A stretch of 43,616 bases of DNA from Azolla caroliniana (lineage: Eukaryota > Plantae > Polypodiophyta). The notes under the pieces are model-generated. The model worked only from the letters and a program-made list of their open reading frames with translations, did no database searches and was not told where the DNA came from. Below, in pieces: positions 25,298 through 34,905 of this stretch. Location of the stretch: the NCBI GenBank assembly GCA_043228905.1, contig JBHGNT010000261.1:1-43616 (forward strand). Direction: 5' to 3'. Made by a program: the position numbers and the translations under genes. Each line of letters begins with the position of its first letter. The stretch's first letter is position 1.

Positions 25298-27099
25298 CCT
25301 ACCTCCACATTTTACTGGGAAGGCAAACACCCTCCCAGCTCGAGAATAGGATCACTAATCACTCATTGCACAACCTTTCCTCTTTCCACCTTCCTCCACC
25401 CCAACTCAAACTTCTAAGCTTAGGTCTAGACTTTATTCCCCCACCCGAACCTATTAGAAAACAACAATTGATAGATGCTGTTGTATCCTTGGATAGAACT
25501 TACCGCCTCAAATATTTCTTTAGAAACTCTACTAACATTATCTCTCCATTTAGAATACCGAACCCCAGTTGGAATCCCCCAGCCGTGCCAGAAATCACAC
25601 AAACCATCACATCTATCACCTCTGCCCTCCCCTCCCCACCCACCATCCAACCTCGCCCTCATAGGAACTTTAGAACTGCACTACATAATCTCAAAAAAAA
25701 TCAAGACATAGTTATTAAACCCACGGATAAAAATCTAGGCACGTGCATTCTCTCTAAGGATTGGTACCTTAACGAATGCCTTAGACAACTCAACGACAAA
25801 AACACTTACACCCCCGTCAAAGACGTCCCCCTAGAAACTCTCCACAGTCGACTTCAACACCTATGTCTGAAAGCTTCCCCCCACCTCTCCAATGAGGAAA
25901 TTAGATTCCTCCTTCAGAAACCCAAACATGGTTTCAGGATATGTCGTTTCTACATCATCCCCAAAATCCACAAGCCCATTGTTGTAGGACGCCCTATTTG
26001 CGCCTACAACAATTATGTTTTCGAAAGAGCCTCTAAATGGCTACACCATCTATTACATCCTGTCTTATTGTCTAAAAACCAACACCTCAAAGACTCCTTA
26101 ACACTTGTTAAGGACCTAGCACACCACACCTTCCCCAAAACTTGCACGTTGTTTTCTTTTGACGTAGTGTCACTATATCCCAGTATACCTACCACGGAAG
26201 GTCTATTGGTTTTAAAAAAATCTATTTCACATCATTTCCCACCACACAAAACCAAAATCATTATGAGTGTTGCCGAACTAATACTTAGAAACAATTTTCT
26301 CTCCTTTAATAATGCTTTTTGGTTACAAATTAAAGGCATTGCGATGGGTAGTAATTTTGCGGTTGTTTACGCTTGCTTGTTTCTTTCGCAGCTAGAGGAC
26401 GACAACCTAGCTTTCCAAACACCGCAACTACTCTACTACAAACGCTACATCGATGATGCCATAGGAGTTTGGGAAGGTTCCCCCGATACACTTCACACCT
26501 TCTTACACCAATACGGCGTGCCTCTACAACAACACATCCATATTGAATCAACAACCTCCCCTAAAGAGATCACCATCCTGGACGTCGTCTTCTTCAAAGG
26601 CCCATACTTTAAAGAATTCGGCATCCTCGACACCACATGCCACCAAAAACCTCTCAATGCCTACATGTACCTCCCGTGGAAATCCTCGCACCCCATAGCA
26701 CACAAAAAGGGCTTCATCACGGGCGAACTAAAACGGTATGCTATCCGGGAGAGCTCGGAAAATGGCTACATGGAACTACGCAAAAAGTTCTACGACCGCC
26801 TAAGAGCTAGGGGCTACCCATCGAAGTTCCTACTCAAGTGTTTTTCGACCGTCCCCTACTCCATACGAAACCAACTACTCTCTAACCAACCCAACAACAA
26901 AAAACCTCCACCCATTGTTTTTAAGCTTCGATACTCCCCATGTATCAAAAAACTCCAAATCGGAGCGCTCGTGAGAAACAAACTTAAACCCCTTCTAGGA
27001 CAACCACAATACAGTTCCCTTACACCCCCTCTCACGTGTTGGCTAAATGGTAAAAAACTAAGAAACCACCTAGTACACGCATCCTTTCCCCCCACCTAA
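24787..27099 (+). CDS. PLE reverse transcriptase (ORF2), predicted ORF1 fusion via -1 frameshift; no endonuclease
   Basis: Frame open from 24760 with no ATG before the RT core. Motifs NLS, LGLDF, IKPTDKNLG, FYIIPKIHK..GRPI, FDVVSLYPSIP, GIAMGS, RYIDD, SSHP..HKKG, RGYP. Stops right after LVHA, where GIY-YIG follows in EN+ PLEs. Confidence 0.92.
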   Translation, partial: HGYAPDKKRGHKDTQSIKFIPHCPHLLLKDPVLYPKLWTKLCLSRTTHTSHTPHVPYICPDECTTTYLPTPTYETINVSLRDLQTHHTVLSSTLSSSTPSPSTPNPSTPNFTTHALPPAHSQTTYSSSQAPSPARRTQHTHHGTETKSSTKKIRRGRLRKLHWLPLLQPLTYLHILLGRQTPSQLENRITNHSLHNLSSFHLPPPQLKLLSLGLDFIPPPEPIRKQQLIDAVVSLDRTYRLKYFFRNSTNIISPFRIPNPSWNPPAVPEITQTITSITSALPSPPTIQPRPHRNFRTALHNLKKNQDIVIKPTDKNLGTCILSKDWYLNECLRQLNDKNTYTPVKDVPLETLHSRLQHLCLKASPHLSNEEIRFLLQKPKHGFRICRFYIIPKIHKPIVVGRPICAYNNYVFERASKWLHHLLHPVLLSKNQHLKDSLTLVKDLAHHTFPKTCTLFSFDVVSLYPSIPTTEGLLVLKKSISHHFPPHKTKIIMSVAELILRNNFLSFNNAFWLQIKGIAMGSNFAVVYACLFLSQLEDDNLAFQTPQLLYYKRYIDDAIGVWEGSPDTLHTFLHQYGVPLQQHIHIESTTSPKEITILDVVFFKGPYFKEFGILDTTCHQKPLNAYMYLPWKSSHPIAHKKGFITGELKRYAIRESSENGYMELRKKFYDRLRARGYPSKFLLKCFSTVPYSIRNQLLSNQPNNKKPPPIVFKLRYSPCIKKLQIGALVRNKLKPLLGQPQYSSLTPPLTCWLNGKKLRNHLVHASFPPT

Positions 27100-27261
27100 T
27101 GTTTTATGTACTCTCACCCCTCTTAACCCCCACCTAAAGTCTTGTGTACACTCTTGTACCTTGCCTTTGTACACACTTTTGTATGTCCCACATACAAAGG
27201 ACTCTCCTCCCTCTCCCTATAAAAAGAGCAACCTAGTAGGCTTAGTTTTCATCATTTGTAC

Positions 27262-27307
27262 ATCGGGCACTGAAGAGCCTCCATCGAGGCGAAATGCATT
27301 TGCCGAT
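27262..27307 (+). ncRNA. Minimal type I hammerhead ribozyme
   Basis: Stem I atcg(g)gca/tgccgat, core CTGAAGA, stem II GCCTC/GAGGC, GAAA, palindromic ATGCAT stem III, ATT cleavage triplet. Confidence 0.85.
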
Positions 27308-27364
27308 CGTTGCCTTATAATAGTAAAACTTTCTTTCCTTCTATGTGTTGCTCTTATCTAATTT

Positions 27365-27900
27365 TTTGTCTTAAGTTCTTAAGTACTTATTTAATAAATT
27401 TTTATTAAGTACTTGTTTAATCACTTTTTTATCAAAAATTTTTTTGTCTTAAGTTTTTAAGCATTTATTTAATCATTTTCTATTAAGTACTTGTTTAATA
27501 AACATTTTTATTACGTACTTGTTTAACCCCTTTTTTTAAGTACTTGTTCAATCATTTTTAGGTTTAACTTTTTGTTTAAACATTTGTTTAAGTATTCTCC
27601 TCTCTTAATCATAATCATTCTCTTCTCAACCATGACCCCTTTTCTTTAACCATAATCCCTCCCTTCTCTTTTAATCCTAACCTTGCGTTAAGTGTTTGCC
27701 CAAGTGTTTTCTTATCTAAATATTTGTTTAAACATTCGTTTAAGTACTTTGTTTAGCAACCCCTTCCCCCTTAATCATAATCCCTTCTTAACCATAATCA
27801 TTTTTTAATCTCAATCTCTCTTTTCTATTTTTATTTTTATTCTTATTTTTTATAATAATTTTTCTTTTAAGTGTTTGCTTAAGCGTGTGTTTAAACAACT
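27365..27900 (+). repeat. Degenerate AT-rich repeats in PLE 3' UTR
   Basis: Repeated ttaagtactt(g/a)tttaa-like and taa(c/t)cataatc motifs. Confidence 0.7.
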
Positions 27901-28212
27901 CCCGTTCATCTAAGCGTGTGGTCCCGTTTTAATAATACTCTATATTGGTGTTTTAATAGTACGTTATTGTTGTCTAATAACTTAAGTTATCCCAATGATC
28001 TTTAATATATTCAAAAAACTTTGATTAGGTTTAAATACTTTTGATAATTTCAACAAGCTACACTCCCCTAACCCCCACCCACGCCCTCACTTTTCTATTC
28101 TTCTAAAACTATATCACTACTTATGTTTAGACATACAAATAAGATCTAAACTTGAGTCCACCCCAAACAACCCTCGATGAAGTGCCGCACACTTTAAGCA
28201 ATCTTAAAAAAG

Positions 28213-28342
28213 CGTCTACGATGTCTCCCACCTGTACTAGACTTGTTGTTTCCATTGCCGGGACTTGAACCCGGGTCGCTCGGGTGAAAGCCGAGTATCC
28301 TAACCAACTAGACTACAATGGAGTACAAAGTTGATAGAGTCA
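28213..28342. repeat. Right copy of 130-bp target-site duplication
   Basis: Identical to 22890-23019. Confidence 0.88.
28250..28322 (-). tRNA. tRNA-Glu(UUC), intact, inside right 130-bp duplication
   Basis: Identical 73-nt cloverleaf 37 bp from the PLE 3' junction. Confidence 0.93.
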
Positions 28343-28780
28343 AAGGTTCTTTCTCATCACCATCGCTTCTTTACAATAATAAATCACAGAAACGCAAGAT
28401 TCCTCAATGATTAGGAATAGAGTGAATAACTCTAACAAGCTTTTATGTCTTGTATTTGTTAATTATGAGACTTATTTTGTTAATTAGGAATAGATTGAAT
28501 AATTCTAACAAGCAAGGTTTAATTAGATATCTATGCTAAGACTAAATTTTGAGTGCGCAAATCACATCAGACGCTGTCGGTTTCGCAAGTCATATCAGAC
28601 GTTTTAAATCTTTCACCACGTACTATATTTTCAAATTCGATACGTATCGATATTTTTAATTCGAGGCAGTTGTAACCCACTACATGTAGATTATGTTAGA
28701 ACAAGGTTTTATGTCTTGTATTTGTTAATTATGAGACTTTTTTCATCTAAGATATCTGCAAGATGAACTAGACTTGTTTT

Positions 28781-28853
28781 TTCCATTGCCGGGACTTGAA
28801 CCCGGGTTGCTCGGGTGAAAGCCGAGTATCCTAACCAACTAGACTACAATGGA
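28781..28853 (-). tRNA. tRNA-Glu(UUC), one variable-loop substitution
   Basis: Consensus except gggttgctc for gggtcgctc. Confidence 0.85.
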
Positions 28854-30778
28854 GTACGGAATTGATAGAGTCGAAGGCTCTTTCTCATCACCATCGATTC
28901 TTTACAATCATAAATCACAAAAACACAAGATTCCCCACTGATTAGGAATAGAGTGAATAATTCTACCAGGCAAGATTTAATTAGATATGTATGCTAAGAC
29001 ATAATTTTGAATGCGCAAGCCACAAAAGACGCTTTAGGTCTAGCAAGTCATATAAGACGTTTTATGTTTTTCAACAGGTATTATCCTTTCAAATTTAATA
29101 CGTATCGATATTTCGAATTCGAGGCAACCGTTGTAACCCACTCCATGTATATTATGTCACCACAAGGTTTTATGTCTTGTATTTGTTAATTATGAGACTT
29201 TTTTCATCTAAGATGTCTCCAACCTGAACTAGACTTGTTGTTTCCATTGCGAAGACTTGAACCCGGGTCGCTCGGGTGAAAGCCGACTATCCTAACCACA
29301 TCTAGATTATGTCACCACAAGGTTTTATGTGTTGTATTTGTTAATTATGAGAGATTTTTCGTCTAAGATGTCTCCAACCTGAACTAGACTTGATATTTCC
29401 ATTGCCGGGACTTGAAACCGGGTCGCTCGAGTGAAAGCCGAGTATCCTAACCAACTAGACTACAATGGAGTACGAAGTTGATAGACTTGAAGGCTCTTTC
29501 TCATTACCATCAATTCTTTACAACCATAAATCGCAGAAACGCAAGATTCCCCACTGATTAGGAATAGAGTGAATAATTCTACCAGGCAACATTTAATTAG
29601 ATATCTATGCTAAGACATAATTTTGAATGCGTAAGCTACAAAAGACGCTTTAGGTTTAGCAAGTCACGTGAGATGTTTTAGGTTTTTCAACACGTATTAT
29701 CCTTTCAAATTCGATACGTATCGATATTTCAAATTAGAGGGAACCGTTGTAACCCACGACATGTAGATTATGTCACCACAAGGTTTTATGTCTTGTATTT
29801 GGTAATTATGAGAGATTTTTCATGTAAGATGTCTCCAACCTGAAGTAGACTTGATATTTCCATTGCCGGAACTTAAACCCGTGTCGCTCGGGTGACAGCC
29901 GAGTATCCTAACCAACTAGACTACAATGGAGTACGGAGTTGATAGAGTTGAAGGCTCTTTTTCATCACCATCGATTCTTTACAACCATAAATCGCAGAAA
30001 CGCAAGATTCCACAATGATTAGGAATAGAGTGAATAATTCTAACAGGGAAGAATTAGAATTCTATGCTAAGACATAAATTTGAATGCGCAAGTCACATGA
30101 GACGCTTTAGGTTTCGCAAGTCAGATAAGAAGTTTTAGGTTTTTTAACACGTATTATCGTTTTAAATTGGATACATATGGATATTTTGAATTCGAGGCAA
30201 TCCTTGGAACCCACTACATGTCGATTATGTCACCACAAAGTTTTCTGCCTTGTATTTGTTAATTATGAGACTTTTTTCGTCTAAGATTTCTCCAAACCTG
30301 AACTAGAGTTGTTGTTTCCATTGCCTGGACTTGACCCGGGTCGCTTGGGTGAAAGCTGAGTATCCTAACTAACTAGAGTACAATGTTGTACAGAGTTGAT
30401 AGAGGGGAAGGCTCTTTCTCTAACTTAAAATAAAATCCCAATTAACCATAAATCGCAAAAACGCAAGATTCCTCAATGATTAGGAATAGAGTGAATAATT
30501 TTAACATGGACTATTTAATTAGATATCAATGCTAAGTATTAATTTTGAATGGGCAGGTCATAGGAGACCCTTTCGGTTTCGCAAGTCATATCAGACGTTT
30601 TAGGTTTTTCAACACGTATTATCCTTTCAAATGCGATACGTATCGATATTTTGAATTCGAGGCAACCGTTGTAACCCACTGCATGTAGATTATGTCACCA
30701 CAAGGTTTTATGTCTTGTATTTGTTAATTATGAGACTTTTTTCGTCTAAGATGTCTCCAACCTGAACTAGACTTGATT

Positions 30779-30851
30779 TTCCATTGCCGGGACTTGAACC
30801 CGGGTTGCTCGGGTGAAAGCCGAGTATCCTAACCAACTAGACTACAATGGA
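30779..30851 (-). tRNA. tRNA-Glu(UUC), one variable-loop substitution
   Basis: Consensus except gggttgctc. Confidence 0.85.
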
Positions 30852-31701
30852 GTACAGAGTTGATAGAGTTGAAGGCTCTTTCTCATCACCATTGATTCTT
30901 TACAACCAGGAAACGCAGAAACGCAAGATTCCTGAATGATTAGGAATAGAGTGAATAATTCTAACAGGAAAGATTTAATTAGATATTTATGCTAAGACTT
31001 AATTTTGAATGAGCAAGTCTCATGACACGCTTTTGGTTTCGCAAGTCATATGAGACCTTTTAGGTTTTTCAACACGTATTATCCTTTCAGATTCGATACG
31101 TATGGATATTTTGAATTCGAGGCAACCGTTGTAACCCACTACATGTAGATTATGTCACCACAAGGTTTTATGTCTTGTATTTGTTAATTATGAGACTTTT
31201 TCCTGTCTAAGATGTCTCCAACCTGAACTAGACTTGTTGTTTCCATTGTCGGGACTTCAACCCGGGTCGATCGGGTGAAAGCCGAGTATCCTAAACAACT
31301 AGACTACAAAGGAGTACGGAGTTGATACAGTTGAAGACTCTTTCTCATCACCATCGATTCTTGACAAACATAAATCACAGAAACGCAAGATTCCTCAATG
31401 ATTAGGAATAGAGTGAATAATTCTAACAGGGAAGATTTAATTAGATATCTATGCTAAGAATTAATTTTGAATGGGCAAGTCACATGAGACCCTCTCGGTT
31501 TCGCAAGTCATATTAGACGTTTTAGATTTTTCAACACGTATTATCCTTTCAAATGCGATACGTATCGATATTTTGAATTCGAGGCAACCGTTTTAACCCA
31601 CTACATGGAGATTATGTTACCACAAGGTTTTATGTCTTGTATTTGTTAATTATGAGAGTTTTTTCGTCTAAGATGTCTCCAACCTGAACTAGACTTGATA
31701 T

Positions 31702-31774
31702 TTCCATTGCCGGGACTTGAACCCGGGTCGCTCGGGTGAAAGCCGAGTATCCTAGCCAACTAGACTACAATGGA
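31702..31774 (-). tRNA. tRNA-Glu(UUC), one D-loop substitution
   Basis: Consensus except cctagcc for cctaacc. Confidence 0.85.
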
Positions 31775-32361
31775 GTACGGAGTTGATAGAGTTCAAGGCT
31801 CTTTCTCATCACCATCGATTCTTTACAACCATAAAACGCAGAAACGCAAGATTCCTTAATGATTAGGAATAGAGTGAATAATTCTAACAGGAAAGATTTA
31901 ATTAGATATTTATGCTAAGACTTAATTTTGAATGAGCAAGTCACATGACACGCTTTAGGTTTCGCAAGTCATATGAGACGTTTTAGATTTTGAATTCGAG
32001 GCAACCGTTGTAACCCACTACATGTAGATTATGTCACCACAAGGTTTTATGTATTCTATTTGTTCATTATGAGACTTTTTCCGTCAAAGATGTCTCCAAC
32101 CTGAACTAGACTTGTTGTTTCAATTCTCGGGACTTGAACCCGGGTTGCTCGGGTGAAAGCCGTGTATCCTAACCAACTAGACTACAATGGAGTACGGAGT
32201 TGATAGAGTTGAAGGCTATTTCTCTAAAATAAAATAAAATCTTAATTAACCATAAATTGTAGAAACGCAAGATTCCTCAATGATTAGGAATAGAGTGAAT
32301 AAATCAAACATGCAATATTTAGTTAGATATTTATGGCAAGATCTAATTTGATAATTAACAC

Positions 32362-32440
32362 AATCTTCGAACGGCCAACATATTCACGAAAGCCTTAGGA
32401 GCCGACAAGCTTCGGCAATTCATGTCTGACCTTGGATTGA
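32362..32440 (+). pseudogene. Copia RNase H C-terminal remnant
   Basis: Translates NLRTANIFTKALGADKLRQFMSDLGL, matching the Copia (Q)xADIFTKAL...LGL ending. Confidence 0.85.
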
Positions 32441-32553
32441 CGATCCGTGACTTGTCAAGTTTGAGGGGAATACAAGTAAAAATCAGAAACTGTACGAACC
32501 GGGTACGAGCCGAAGCGGACATCAACCGAAAGGAGACGACCCGAGTTGAGCTT

Positions 32554-32562
32554 GAGGGGGCA
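32554..32562 (+). promoter_or_regulatory. Polypurine tract
   Basis: gagggggca directly before TGTTGAGA. Confidence 0.75.
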
Positions 32563-33022
32563 TGTTGAGAATCAAGCTCAACATTGTACAACGTCTGAAC
32601 ACACCTTTGAGAATCTATGTGCACTGAAAGGTCAACAGTCATACCACTCTCTACACATTAACTTATGTGTCATAGATTTATATTCTATGACACAGAACTA
32701 ATGAGTTTCACATTCCCCATGACCTTAAGTCTTCACATTCTACAAGGCTCTAGTGAGAGAGTGAACGTTGTAAATGAAGAGAGAGGGTGACTCTATATAA
32801 AGCACCCTCCTCCTACTCCATACTTAGTTGGTTGCTTGTGTCGCCTTGTAACGTTATTCTTGTTTCTCATACTACTTTTCAAAATACATCTCCTTCTTCT
32901 TGAGTATTCACCCTTCTCATTTAATCCATCTTGTGTTTTTTCTCTTCTCCTCTCTCTTTACTGTCACACATACACACATTACTTCTCTTCCGCTACTCAA
33001 GAATCATCATCGATTCTTTACA
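32563..33022 (+). repeat. Copia LTR (460 bp, TG...CA)
   Basis: Starts TGTTG after the PPT, ends TTTACA before the PBS. TATATAAA at 32794-32801. Confidence 0.88.
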
Positions 33023-33034
33023 TGGTATCAAAGC
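33023..33034 (+). promoter_or_regulatory. Primer-binding site (initiator tRNA-Met)
   Basis: TGGTATCAAAGC, one mismatch from canonical TGGTATCAGAGC. Confidence 0.88.
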
Positions 33035-33189
33035 GATTTGGTAGATCTATCTAGCCCGCTCGCCTCATCGTGATCGTGTGTTTTGCTCTACGCCGACGTT
33101 CAAGAAGAATCGGCTCATCGCTATCGTAGTGCGGCTACATAGCTCGTGTTTGTGAGAGAAGGAAAAGAAGAAAAGAAGCATAATCGACA

Positions 33190-34889
33190 ATGAATACTCA
33201 AATGGGGAGTGCTCTCCCTAACGAGAAGTTGGACTGCAACAACTTTGCAGCTTGGGAGTACAAGATGCACCAATACCTTGTCAGCCAAGGCTATTGGAGC
33301 TATATCAAAGGAGCACAAATAGGAACGCCCCGATCCGAAAGACACAAACTACGCAACATGGCAGCAAGCGGCAAGTCGCGTAATGTATTGCTTGGCGACA
33401 TGTGTACATGACCACATGCTCGGCTACATTCGGGAAGTTGGGACGCCAAAGGAAGCATGGGAGAATCTACGAAAGACTTGAACAACATCCAACATGACCG
33501 CGAGGAAGCTTCAACTCCGCCAAGAGTTGAACAACATCCAACAACGGGATATGTCCATCACAAGCTACACCTTGAAGATCAAGGAGCTTAGTGACGCGCT
33601 CGGCTCGATTAGGTAAACGTGGCGTATGACGAGATGGTGCAAATATGCCTTTGCGGACCTGCTCCACGATTCGGCGTGATGCGGACCGCAGTACTAGCGC
33701 GGGAGAATCCGCCCTCCTTCTTCGACCTTCAATCCATGTTGTTGGTCGAAGAAAACCATGTTCGAACAAGTAGTAGTGCCACGGATGGCCAAATGCTCTA
33801 CACGCATTCGGACGGAGGAAGAGGACACGGCCATGCAAGGAGAGGCCGATTCGGCCAAGGACGCGGCGGACGAGGCGGACAAGGCCCGAATTACGTAAAT
33901 AACTCTTACGTACGGGAACAAGACGGAGGCCATCGAGGAACCTTCGGAAGGAGGGGGAACCATCATTTCGGTTCGAGTCGACAAAACTCGATCGAATGCG
34001 GATACTGCGGAAAAATCGGCCATTGTGAAGAGGAGTGCCGAAAGAAGATGCGCGAGTCGGCGTCCACAAGCCGACAACTCACGAATTACGCAAGCAACTC
34101 CGACTACAATGACTACGGCGGACTATTCGTGATGAGGCATAGTGCGAACTCTATGGCGGCGTCTACGTCAACTAGTGCATCCGGTCCGGAAGAATATGAT
34201 TCCTCGATTCTTGTGCCTCGAACCATATGACGTCACACCAAGAATGGTTCCGAGAACTTCGAGAGCCGGAGCGACCCGGCTATGTTGAAACCGGAGATGA
34301 CACTACGCATCTGATTCGACACATCGGCAATCTCCCATTTGGAGAAGAAGGGAAGCAAACCTACATCAAAAATGCCTTGCATGTTCCTACCATAACGAAG
34401 AATTTGGTCTCGTTCAGCCAAATTGTGGAGCAAGGGATGCAAGTTCGATTCGACCAAGGTGGTTGCTTCATCGAGCAGGAAGGCCGACTCATCGCTCGGG
34501 GTCGAAAGGAAGGTCGAATGTTTATCCTCGAGTCAAACAAGATAAAATCGGCCATGTTCGCAAAAGGCACGAAAGCGGAGTCCGACATAGAGCTATGGCA
34601 CAAGCGAATTGGCCATATCAATCTTCAAAACCTCAAGGTGATGCAATCGAAATGGGTCGTCATTGGGCTCCCGACCTTCAAAGAGCGATAGATTGAAGGT
34701 GTATGTGAGGCGTGCCAATTCGGCAAGCAACATCGGCAACCATTCCCGAAGGAGAGGAACGTGAGCAACGGCGTACTTGACGTTATACATTCCGATATAT
34801 GGGGACCGGCCCAAATAGCGAAATTCGGCGGATGCAAATATAATGTAACCTTCATCGACGACTTCTCAAGGCACACTTGGATATACCCA
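33190..34889 (+). pseudogene. Copia gag-protease-integrase pseudogene (frameshifts and stops, truncated in integrase core)
   Basis: KLDCNNFAAWEYKM (gag), CGYCGKIGHCEEEC zinc knuckle, *FLDSCASNHMT (protease), LWHKRIGH...CEACQFGKQHR, VIHSDIWGP...FIDDFSRHTWIYP (integrase). Confidence 0.92.
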
Positions 34890-34905
34890 ATACACACTTG
34901 GATAT

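Larger units (their letters stand above)
23020..28212 (+). mobile_element. Endonuclease-deficient Penelope-like retroelement (Athena/Coprina-like architecture), 5193 bp
   Basis: ORF1 plus PLE-type RT with no GIY-YIG domain, hammerhead in the 3' UTR, C/A-rich sense strand. Boundaries set by the flanking 130-bp direct repeat. Confidence 0.9.
28213..32353 (-). repeat. tRNA-Glu array continuation (mostly subfamily B; A-type spacers at ~30420 and ~32220)
   Basis: About ten further tRNA-Glu units between the PLE and the Copia fragment. Confidence 0.93.
32354..34890 (+). mobile_element. Ty1/Copia LTR retrotransposon fragment with one central LTR
   Basis: Order RNaseH C-terminus, PPT, LTR, PBS, gag, protease, integrase. 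Truncated at both ends, no TSD. Confidence 0.92.

Noticed and set aside
23266-27095. Minus-strand ORFs over the PLE
   Set aside because: Antisense shadows of C/A-rich coding sequence with no recognisable motifs.
25366-27099. RT as telomerase, group II intron, retron or LINE RT
   Set aside because: DKN, PKIHK/GRPI, GIAMGS, YIDD, SSHP and RGYP motifs plus the hammerhead fit PLEs; no APE/RLE or maturase features seen.
27161-27361. 66-aa ORF after the RT as a separate endonuclease
   Set aside because: No GIY-YIG or CCHH motif; overlaps the hammerhead in the UTR.
28174-28200. Second hammerhead near the PLE 3' end (tcgatga-agtg...cactt)
   Set aside because: Lacks CTGA and GAAA core nucleotides; only a small hairpin.
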